From: Candidatus Parcubacteria bacterium
GTDB taxonomy: Bacteria > Patescibacteriota > Minisyncoccia > Phycocordibacterales > CAIZLB01
Length of the DNA: 64,000 bases
Direction: 5' to 3'
Assembly (NCBI GenBank): GCA_039795775.1
Contig: JBDKLC010000003.1
Coordinates: forward strand, 797 to 64,796
The notes beneath the pieces were generated by a model. It saw only the letters and a list, made by a program, of their open reading frames with translations. It made no database searches and had not been told where the DNA came from. This document shows positions 9,695 through 17,383 of this stretch, piece by piece. Positions within the stretch are counted from its first letter, which is position 1. Each line of letters opens with the position of its first letter. Made by a program: the position numbers and the translations under genes.

Positions 9695-10012
9695 CTAGTA
9701 GTCTGTTGGTTCTCCGTGTTCATCAAATTCACTATAGGGAGCTTCATCGTCGTACCCATTCAAGAAGTAATTTTTAACAATTTCTTCTTCTGCAGCATTC
9801 TCTTCTTCTTCTGTTGGTGCTGCAGTAAGTACTCCGTGTCCATGATGTCCATCAAGTTCATCTTCATGAATCTGTTCGTCATCAATTGGCTCATGGTCAT
9901 GAGCCGGAGACATTGTCCGTGGTCCTGCAGCTACAAAGTCCGGTTCTTTTTCTACTTCTTCATTTTCTTCTTCTAACGCAACTCCTGTTGGGAGGTCTAA
10001 ATCATCAGCCAT
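9695..10012 (-). CDS. hypothetical highly acidic protein (105 aa, Asp/Glu ~35%, His-rich patch HHGHG)
   Basis: ORF immediately upstream of ruvC on the same strand. No known motif. Confidence 0.4.
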   Translation of the reverse strand: MADDLDLPTGVALEEENEEVEKEPDFVAAGPRTMSPAHDHEPIDDEQIHEDELDGHHGHGVLTAAPTEEEENAAEEEIVKNYFLNGYDDEAPYSEFDEHGEPTDY

Positions 10013-10080
10013 ATGTTATATGAAATATATAAAACTTGTATTTAGCCTAATATGTAACACACTGAGAAAAATATGCAAGT

Positions 10081-10587
10081 TTACGAACGTGTGGACAATT
10101 GATTTGTGACTTTATCTTTACCAAAAGCAAAAAAAGCGAGGGCTACAGCGATAGCATCATATTCGTCATCGAGTGCTTTTTTGTTTGGCATTTTGATCAA
10201 AAGTGCAACCATTTTCATCATTTGATCTTTACTACTCTTACCATCACCAGTTACGGCCAGTTTAATTTGAAGTGGATTAATTTCTTCAACAGTAAGTCCG
10301 TTAGAAGCCGCAAGATAAATGAGCATACCTCGCACTTCTGCTACTCGCATAGCAGTCTTTTGGTTATTCGAAAGAAAGAGTGTTTCAATTGCCAACGCTT
10401 CTGGAGAAAATTCAGCAATAACTCGCTCGATTTCTTTTCCAAGAGAAAGTAGTCGTTGCTCAAAGCTATCTTTTGCTGATGTACGAAGACATGCAGAGTA
10501 GAGGAGTTGTTCTTTTGATCCCGCTGTTTTTTCCAGCACAGCAATACCAAGACGTTCGTATCCGGGGTCGATGCCTAGTACTTTCAT
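10081..10587 (-). CDS. ruvC: crossover junction endodeoxyribonuclease RuvC (start taken at MKVLGIDPG)
   Basis: MKVLGIDPG...LGIAV N-terminus and conserved acidic residues of the RNase H-like fold. Confidence 0.8.
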   Translation of the reverse strand: MKVLGIDPGYERLGIAVLEKTAGSKEQLLYSACLRTSAKDSFEQRLLSLGKEIERVIAEFSPEALAIETLFLSNNQKTAMRVAEVRGMLIYLAASNGLTVEEINPLQIKLAVTGDGKSSKDQMMKMVALLIKMPNKKALDDEYDAIAVALAFFAFGKDKVTNQLSTRS

Positions 10588-10690
10588 AGATAGTACTACT
10601 CTAACACATAGACATATCTCGGTGAAAATTTGCAAAAAGGAAAACCACCCCAGTTGATCGGACTGTCAGGTGGCTCTTATAAATATAAAA

Positions 10691-11710
10691 CTAGAACTTC
10701 AACGGTCGATCTACAGGATATTCGATTTTGAGATGAGCGTAGCCTGCTTCTGTAACAATACGCCCTCGAGGAGTTCGTTCAATAAAGCCAAGCTGAATAA
10801 GATATGGTTCGTTGAATTCTTCGATAGTTGCCTGATCTTCAGAAAGAGAAGCAGCGATAGTGTTAAGACCAACAGGCCCTCCGTTATATTTTTCAACAAT
10901 AGTTTTCAAAATCTTTATATCAGACTGTGTGAGACCTCGATGATCAATACCCAAAAGTTCCAATGCTTCATCAACAATCTTTTTAGACAACGATGCTTTT
11001 TGAATTTGAGCAAAGTCTCGACATCGTTTGAGAAGGTAGTTGGCAGTTCGCGGTGTCGATCGACTTCGAATTGCAATTTCGTGGAGCGCCGCTGGTTCAG
11101 CTTCAATATTTAAAATCTTTGCAGACCGAGTAACGATCTCTTCAATTTCTTTTTCTGTATAAAACTCAAGTCGAAACACACCTCCAGAAAATCGTGATCG
11201 AAGAGGTGATGAAATCATTGCAATACGTGTAGTCGCTGCAATGAGTGTAAATGGTGGAAGGTCGAGCTGAACAGTTCGCGCCGATGGACCTTTTCCAATA
11301 ATAATATCGATCTGGCCTGACTCCATGGCAGGGTAGAGGACTTCTTCTACGGTCTTGTTGAGTCGGTGAATTTCATCAACAAACAAAACATCTCCAGGAG
11401 AAAGGTTTGTAAGAACAGATGCAAGGTCGCCAACACGTTCAATAGCAGGACCTGATGTCACTTTCATTTGTGCGCCAATCTCTTTTGAAATCAAATAGGC
11501 GAGTGTTGTCTTTCCAAGGCCTGGTGGACCATAAAAAAGAAGGTGTTCTGGCGGATGATTTCGTTCCTTTGCTGCAGTGAGAAGAATTTGAAGATTCTTT
11601 TTGATGTTTTCTTGACCAATATATTCCTCAAACTTGTGTGGACGAAGGGTCTGATCGAGAACTCGGTCTTCGATAGGTCGTTCTATGAGGTTTTGGTCGG
11701 TGCTTGACAT
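10691..11710 (-). CDS. ruvB: Holliday junction branch-migration helicase RuvB
   Basis: LLFYGPPGLGKTTLA Walker A, AAA+ fold, C-terminal winged helix. Confidence 0.92.
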   Translation of the reverse strand: MSSTDQNLIERPIEDRVLDQTLRPHKFEEYIGQENIKKNLQILLTAAKERNHPPEHLLFYGPPGLGKTTLAYLISKEIGAQMKVTSGPAIERVGDLASVLTNLSPGDVLFVDEIHRLNKTVEEVLYPAMESGQIDIIIGKGPSARTVQLDLPPFTLIAATTRIAMISSPLRSRFSGGVFRLEFYTEKEIEEIVTRSAKILNIEAEPAALHEIAIRSRSTPRTANYLLKRCRDFAQIQKASLSKKIVDEALELLGIDHRGLTQSDIKILKTIVEKYNGGPVGLNTIAASLSEDQATIEEFNEPYLIQLGFIERTPRGRIVTEAGYAHLKIEYPVDRPLKF

Positions 11711-11829
11711 AAAAATAGTTGTGTGCTAAGATGTTATCAGTGTCGCACTCGTATAGAAATGTACCGAATGCGATTATTATTTTGCTCAAAAAGTTCTAAA
11801 GACGATTTGTTGCAAAATAAACATAACGG

Positions 11830-11975
11830 CTCCTTGAATTTCTAAGCAATACAACCTCCACGGGTCTATCGGTGTTTGTTAAAGGACGATCTGGTGCAAG
11901 ACTTTATGTCTCGTTCCTGGAGCTATCCTTAAATGCTCACCGGGCTTTTGAATCTAGGTTCGAAAGCATTGCTTA
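11830..11975. ncRNA. candidate structured RNA: ~19 bp long-range inverted repeat (CTTGAATTTCTAAGCAATAC / GCATTGCTTAGAAATTCAAAG) enclosing ~110 nt, in a 500 bp non-coding gap
   Basis: Seen directly in the sequence. There is no convincing ORF (the 86 aa ORF at 11996-12256 looks spurious). Family and strand unknown. Confidence 0.25.
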
Positions 11976-12139
11976 GAAATTCAAAGGGCTGTTTTTTATT
12001 TCTTATCGATGTAAAAAACGTACCTAAAGCTTACGCGTCTTAGGGGGGTCAAGTCAATTGACCCGTGTGTATAGCTTGTGTTGTGCTCAAACATAACTTT
12101 CTGTGATGTAATTTTTCTCAATTTTAAATAAAAAATAAA

Positions 12140-12178
12140 TAAAAAACACCGACCGCTTTGGTTGGTGTTTTTTATTTT
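12140..12178. terminator. bidirectional terminator hairpin (AACACCGACCgctttGGTTGGTGTT flanked by A- and T-runs)
   Basis: Hairpin and T-run downstream of pilB (minus strand) and downstream of the non-coding region (plus strand). Confidence 0.6.
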
Positions 12179-12209
12179 TCTGAAGAGTGTGAAATAGGCT
12201 GTGTGATGT

Positions 12210-13934
12210 TTAATCGTGTGAGCCTGCGTCTTTTTCTGTTTGAATTTCTGCAGCAAGGTCTACAACTCGTTCAAGTTCTTGGAAGGTTGTAATACCTCGA
12301 AGCACTTTAAGAATACCGTCTTGTCGCATATCAATAATTTTCTGGGGGAGAGAAGCATTTTTAATTTCTCGTTCACTTGGAATTTCTCGAATAACTTCTT
12401 CGATGGCTCGGTCAGCAAGAATACCTTCGAATACGCCAAGTCGGCCTTTGTATCCTGTTTTGTTGCAAGCCTCGCAACCAACAGCATCCCAAACCTCCGA
12501 AGGCACTGATGTAAATTCTGCCGCTTCTTCGTAGCCAGCCATAGAAGCAAGAATTTTTTCTACGAGGGGAGCTCGATCAGCTGGCATTGGAATCTTTTTT
12601 GTACAATTTTTGCAAAGTACTCGTACGAGTCGTTGAGCAAGAGCGAGGTGAATGGCAGATGTAAGAACTTTTGAGTCAGCCCCAAGGTCGATGAGTCGTG
12701 TAAATGTTCCCGCTGCGTTGTTGGTGTGAAGAGTTGAGAATACAAGGTGACCAGTGAGTGACGCTTGAATAGCGGTCATCGCAGTTTCACCATCTCGGAT
12801 TTCTCCCACCATGATGATGTCTGGGTCTTGTCGCATCGCAGATCGAAGTCCAGATTCGAATGTGTATCCTTTCTTTTCTTCTACCTGTGTCTGCACAATA
12901 CCAGGGAGGTGGTATTCGATAGGGTCTTCAATAGTAATGATTTTGAATTCAGGACTCTGAATGTGTCGAAGACAAGCGTACAGAGTTGTTGTCTTTCCAG
13001 AACCTGTAGGACCTGTCGTAAGAATCATTCCGTTTGGTCGTGCAATTTCTGCTTGAAGAATATCGTACAACCGTTTTGGCATACCCAAAGATTCGAGAGG
13101 AACAGAAATAGACTTTGGGTTGAGGATTCGCATCACCACAGATTCGCCGTACGCACCTGGAATTGTAGAACATCGAATTTCTACATCGCTCATATATACC
13201 TTCACAGTGAATCGTCCGTCTTGAGCCGCTTCTTTAATGTTGAGTTTTAAACCAGAGAGGAGCTTGATTCGAGAAAGAAGAAGAGAGTAAGTTTCAGAAT
13301 CGAATTGGAGTACTTCGATAAGTACACCGTCCAGTCGATATCGAATACGAGCATAGTCTGCTTCTGGTTCGATGTGGATGTCGGATCCTTTTGTAGAAAA
13401 AGCTCCGGCCATAATGATGGCGAGCACTTTAGAAATTCGGTGGCTCTTTTTTTCTGCGAGTGCTTCTTTAATAAGAACTGTGATGTCTTCAAGTTTTTTT
13501 GTTTTCTCGATGAGTTGTTCTACTTCATCATTTGAAATATCAAGAGATCCAGCTTCTGTTTCAAAAGCAAAAGAAAGATCTTTGTATCGATCCCATGCTT
13601 TAGTAAGACTCTGGATTGAAGCCATGTACTTTGTTATCAGATATCCCTTTGCTTCGAGGTGTTCTTTAATAATATTTTGAGCATCTTCATTAGAAGGAGA
13701 GTGAATGGCAACTGAAAGTTTTTTTCCAACAATATCAAATACTGCAACACCATTTGCGCGAGCTTCTTCTTCGGGAATAAGTCTAAGTGCGTCTGTGTTG
13801 ATAGGAATACGTGTAAGGTCTACGTATGTAATTTGGTATTTTTCGGCAAGCATTTCCATTGCCTGTTCTTCTTCATCAACTCGGAGCTGTCGGAGTCGTT
13901 GATTCTGTTTGTCTTCGTCAAAAACTATAGTCAT
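12210..13934 (-). CDS. pilB: type IV pilus assembly / type II secretion ATPase PilB/GspE family
   Basis: Walker A GPTGSGKTT, Asp box, His box and a C-terminal CxxC zinc motif. Confidence 0.85.
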   Translation of the reverse strand: MTIVFDEDKQNQRLRQLRVDEEEQAMEMLAEKYQITYVDLTRIPINTDALRLIPEEEARANGVAVFDIVGKKLSVAIHSPSNEDAQNIIKEHLEAKGYLITKYMASIQSLTKAWDRYKDLSFAFETEAGSLDISNDEVEQLIEKTKKLEDITVLIKEALAEKKSHRISKVLAIIMAGAFSTKGSDIHIEPEADYARIRYRLDGVLIEVLQFDSETYSLLLSRIKLLSGLKLNIKEAAQDGRFTVKVYMSDVEIRCSTIPGAYGESVVMRILNPKSISVPLESLGMPKRLYDILQAEIARPNGMILTTGPTGSGKTTTLYACLRHIQSPEFKIITIEDPIEYHLPGIVQTQVEEKKGYTFESGLRSAMRQDPDIIMVGEIRDGETAMTAIQASLTGHLVFSTLHTNNAAGTFTRLIDLGADSKVLTSAIHLALAQRLVRVLCKNCTKKIPMPADRAPLVEKILASMAGYEEAAEFTSVPSEVWDAVGCEACNKTGYKGRLGVFEGILADRAIEEVIREIPSEREIKNASLPQKIIDMRQDGILKVLRGITTFQELERVVDLAAEIQTEKDAGSHD

Positions 13935-14138
13935 ATAGCCATTATTTTACAGTCTTTAGGGGAATAGGGCACTACTTGATTTTATCTATTAAATATGATA
14001 TAATATACACCGAGTTACGTTCTTTCACAGCTTCTTTAAAACGGTCATAAGATAGTGTCGGTAGGGTCGTTTGCTTCATGCAATCTGCAGCTTTTTTGAA
14101 TAACTTTTGATGAAAAAGTTGAAAAGGCCATAGATTGC

Positions 14139-15233
14139 ATGAATGCAAAACACCAAACCATCGGGATGGCTTCGCGTGCAAACGCGTGGTCCATCGTCAC
14201 CATCAACAACAACCTCAACATCGTCATCGCGTTTATCTTCGCGCTCTTTGGCTCGTTCGCTCACGCGGGCGACGCCGTCGTGAAAATCAACACCGGGCGT
14301 GATTCGAAGGAAGTGCGTCGCTTCGAGCGGCCAGCACCTCCGGTAGTGGTCGAAAGGCCAGTATATCGCGAGACCTGCGCTCCTGCGCCTCGGCGCTACG
14401 TGCAGAACAGCGATTGCAACACCGGCTCACGTCGGAGTGGCAACTTCGAGCTCGGATTCGGGCTCGGCTTCAACATCAAGCTCTGGGGCTCCGGTGCGCG
14501 TAATCGCTCCGGTTGCACTGACTGCGGTCAGGCAGGCTTGTGTGGCACGCATCACCAGCGCTTTATCAGCGACGGTGTTTGTGGGCAAGGCCAACAGGTC
14601 CTCGTCCAATCTGGATGTGGCTCTGGCGGTCGCTCACAAGCGACGGCTGTCCGCTACCAAGATGGCGTAGATCGCACCACGGTCCGAGAGGACTGGGATG
14701 ACCACGTTCATATCGAGGTCAATCAGAGTGGTATTGATTGCGACGGCATCGCTGCCGCTGCACTCGCTGCTACACGCGATCTGCCTTCTGGGCAACGTCG
14801 CGCTGCAATTGAGCGCTATGTCCGCGGACAACTGCCTGGCCTGTCGCCTCGCATCACCTACAATCGCGAGGTGACAAGTGTCACTCGCACGGTGAAGCAT
14901 GTCAGCTACACAAAAGGTGCTGACGGCTTCACCAACATCAACGTTCCAGACGGTCTGGATGGAGGTGGACAGGTGGATGGCGACGGATTCGTTGACCTCG
15001 GTGTCGAAGACGACCAATGCTCCAACGGAGCAAACGCATCGTTCCGACGGTTCCACGGAAATACTCGTGGAGGAAACGCCGCAATCGTGACCTCCTACAG
15101 TGGCAACCGTGCCATTCTGGTGGGCGATACCACCTATCAACGCGGACTCGCGAATCAAGGTGGGGTGTATATCCAAGACCCTTCCGTGGTTCGGCGCAGT
15201 CTGGACCGTGACCAATACCAATACCGGCGCTAA
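14139..15233 (+). CDS. hypothetical secreted Cys/Gly-rich protein encoded in a GC-rich (~60%) foreign cassette (likely signal peptide IVIAFIFALFGSFAHA)
   Basis: High GC3 in this frame only supports coding. Composition is totally unlike the flanking genes. Confidence 0.5.
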   Translation: MNAKHQTIGMASRANAWSIVTINNNLNIVIAFIFALFGSFAHAGDAVVKINTGRDSKEVRRFERPAPPVVVERPVYRETCAPAPRRYVQNSDCNTGSRRSGNFELGFGLGFNIKLWGSGARNRSGCTDCGQAGLCGTHHQRFISDGVCGQGQQVLVQSGCGSGGRSQATAVRYQDGVDRTTVREDWDDHVHIEVNQSGIDCDGIAAAALAATRDLPSGQRRAAIERYVRGQLPGLSPRITYNREVTSVTRTVKHVSYTKGADGFTNINVPDGLDGGGQVDGDGFVDLGVEDDQCSNGANASFRRFHGNTRGGNAAIVTSYSGNRAILVGDTTYQRGLANQGGVYIQDPSVVRRSLDRDQYQYRR

Positions 15234-15414
15234 TACGCTGCCGGGCAAAGAAGCTCCAAGGTTCTCGTCGAGTGTACCAACACTCGGCGAGGCCTTTTCT
15301 TTTTATTTGGTTGGATAACTGTTTTTAAAAAACCGGGGTTAAATAATCAAAAAGTGCTTATTTTTAGCCATTTATATGCAAATACAGCACAGTATTTTAC
15401 TTAAAGATAGTACT

Positions 15415-15443
15415 TGACAATGCGTACAAAAGTAGTATAATTA
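15415..15443 (+). promoter_or_regulatory. sigma-70 consensus promoter TTGACA-N16-TATAAT
   Basis: Exact -35 and -10 hexamers with a 16 nt spacer, ~150 nt upstream of the 15592 ORF. Confidence 0.6.
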
Positions 15444-15591
15444 TATTCGAACAGTTGACCAATGTGGTTGACTGAAAACTAAACCCGCCAGGGAGCTGAC
15501 TTCGACCGTAAGGTCACAGCCCCTACGGGCGAAGTCAGATCTTTGGCAAATTCAACACAAAACCCGGGGACAGAAAGGCCCCAACAATACC

Positions 15592-16779
15592 ATGACTCCT
15601 AAAGAGTTCGCAGATAACGCAGCAATTGCTGCAAGTGCAACAAAAGCTACCATTGCGGCCATTGAGGCTCACCTCAATGACCCAACCAACGGTATCAAGA
15701 CGATCAGCGCTGCCCTTACAGGCCTCGCTGCGTCTCAGCCCAAACGCCGTGCGAAATATACGCAGGCACTCAGCGTTGTAACCGTTCTCGAAAAGACGGT
15801 TCTCCGCGCTCTCGCCACCGCAACCAAGGAGACGAAAGAGGCGGAAGACTCCGCTCAACGTGTCCATGTGGAGTCGGCGAAAACCTCGCCGAAGCCAAAT
15901 CCGAAGACCATGCAGAAGGATCTCGACGCGACAACGGCATCTCTCAAGGTTGCCGAGGCTGCGCTGAAGGACGCCTGTGATGCTCGCACTGCAGCTATTG
16001 CAGTGTTCGACGGGGTTAAACCCGCCGAATGGCGTGACGGTCAACGCACGCAGTGGCTTGTGGATCGCCCGTGGATCCCTATTGCCGCGATCGTGCTGCT
16101 CCTCATCTTCGTTGGCTGGCTATCGTATCGGGTCAGCCCGGACGGCCAGCACAACTCGGAGATCGGCTCGCTCAAGGAGCAAGTCGTGCTCCTCACCAAC
16201 GAAAAGAAAGACCTCGCCGAAAAAATGGCGGGTATGGTGGGCAAGGACCAACACGCGCTCGTCGAGAAGCAGATGACAGACGCCACAAAGGCGCAAGTCG
16301 CTGCGGAGGCCGAGCTCAACAAGCTCAAGGCAGCAACGGCCGGCGGAATGATCAGCAAGGTAGAAGCCGACGAGGCTCTCGCCAAACTGGTCGCTGATAA
16401 TGAACAGCTCCAATTGAGGTTGTTTAATCTGGAAAAAGCTGCCGCTTCGGCGCCAGCACCTGCCTCGACAAAGCCACCACAAATGGCCGCAAGTGGCAGC
16501 CAGCCGCAACCCGCAACACCTCCATCAACTGGAGCTGGTGTGCCTCAGTCGGACATGCCGTCCATCGTTCCTACCAACCAGATTCTGGCAGGTATCGGGG
16601 CTGGAACCATTGGTTACAGCCCGAGCTTGCGGAACTTCAAGGACATGCGTTCAGGGGTTAAATACTGGCCGGCTCAAGTAGCTGCCCTCGCAAAGCGTGA
16701 GGGTCTCACGTTGCCACAAACAACGCGGTCGGGAATCCCGATCGATTGGACCTCAGGTCCAGCGGCGGGCAAGCGCTAG
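15592..16779 (+). CDS. hypothetical membrane-anchored coiled-coil protein with Pro-rich linker and conserved C-terminal domain, in the GC-rich foreign cassette
   Basis: High GC3 coding frame, one predicted TM helix (IPIAAIVLLLIFVGWL), Ala/Lys/Glu-rich coiled-coil segments. Confidence 0.5.
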   Translation: MTPKEFADNAAIAASATKATIAAIEAHLNDPTNGIKTISAALTGLAASQPKRRAKYTQALSVVTVLEKTVLRALATATKETKEAEDSAQRVHVESAKTSPKPNPKTMQKDLDATTASLKVAEAALKDACDARTAAIAVFDGVKPAEWRDGQRTQWLVDRPWIPIAAIVLLLIFVGWLSYRVSPDGQHNSEIGSLKEQVVLLTNEKKDLAEKMAGMVGKDQHALVEKQMTDATKAQVAAEAELNKLKAATAGGMISKVEADEALAKLVADNEQLQLRLFNLEKAAASAPAPASTKPPQMAASGSQPQPATPPSTGAGVPQSDMPSIVPTNQILAGIGAGTIGYSPSLRNFKDMRSGVKYWPAQVAALAKREGLTLPQTTRSGIPIDWTSGPAAGKR

Positions 16780-16915
16780 TGTTGAACTGCAACAGGGTCT
16801 CCGGATCCTCGAACACCGAAAGGTGAACGGAAATCACAGGTCGTCGATTGCACCACGTGCGTCGACGGCCTTTTCCTTTTCTCGGGTTTTTTGCTATTTG
16901 TGCTACCATATTCCT

Positions 16916-17362
16916 ATGAAACTTCTCTCGCATAGTCTTCCCGAAACTCAGGCAGCAGCCATTCAGATCCTTGGCGTATTAAAGGGCGCACGACAATCTG
17001 GTTGGGCAACGGTGGTTGGACTTCGGGGGGACCTTGGTTCAGGTAAGACAACATTTTCACAATCTATTGCACATGAGCTCGGTGTGGTTGATCGAGTGAC
17101 AAGTCCTACATTTATTATTGAAAAAATATACGATACGACTGACGATACGTTTAAAAAGTTTATTCATATTGATGCATATCGGTTAGAGCATGGAGATGAA
17201 TTGAGTAAGTTAGATTTTGATACTGTTCTTGCTGATTCAAACAATCTGATATTTATTGAATGGCCAGAAAAGGTTGAAAGTATTTTGAGTACCATTCCAG
17301 TTTTCACAATTTCTTTTGAATCAATTGATGAAAATACCAGATCGATTTCATATGAAGAATAA
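16916..17362 (+). CDS. tsaE: tRNA threonylcarbamoyladenosine biosynthesis ATPase TsaE
   Basis: GDLGSGKTTF P-loop and HIDAYRL motif. The longer track ORF starting at 16697 is a read-through artefact of the GC-rich upstream region. Confidence 0.75.
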   Translation: MKLLSHSLPETQAAAIQILGVLKGARQSGWATVVGLRGDLGSGKTTFSQSIAHELGVVDRVTSPTFIIEKIYDTTDDTFKKFIHIDAYRLEHGDELSKLDFDTVLADSNNLIFIEWPEKVESILSTIPVFTISFESIDENTRSISYEE

Positions 17363-17383
17363 ATAAATTTTATATAAAGACCT

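Noticed and set aside
9716-9976. 86 aa + strand ORF antisense to the acidic protein gene
   Set aside because: Phe/Ile-rich translation of the complement of a GAA/GAG-rich coding sequence; a shadow ORF.
11996-12256. 86 aa minus-strand ORF in the ruvB-pilB gap
   Set aside because: Low-complexity, overlaps the pilB terminator hairpin, no RBS context. The region is more parsimoniously non-coding RNA or regulatory.
14427-16509. Multiple long antisense and alternative-frame ORFs inside the GC-rich cassette (for example 14634-15248 minus, 16041-16385 minus, 16053-16397 plus, 16120-16509 minus)
   Set aside because: High GC suppresses stop codons in all frames. Only the two + strand frames show strong GC3 bias and sensible protein composition.
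16697-16915. N-terminal 73 codon extension of the tsaE ORF in the six-frame track
   Set aside because: The extension runs through the GC-rich foreign segment, where every frame is open, and encodes Arg/Ser-rich junk. The conserved TsaE N-terminus begins at Met 16916.
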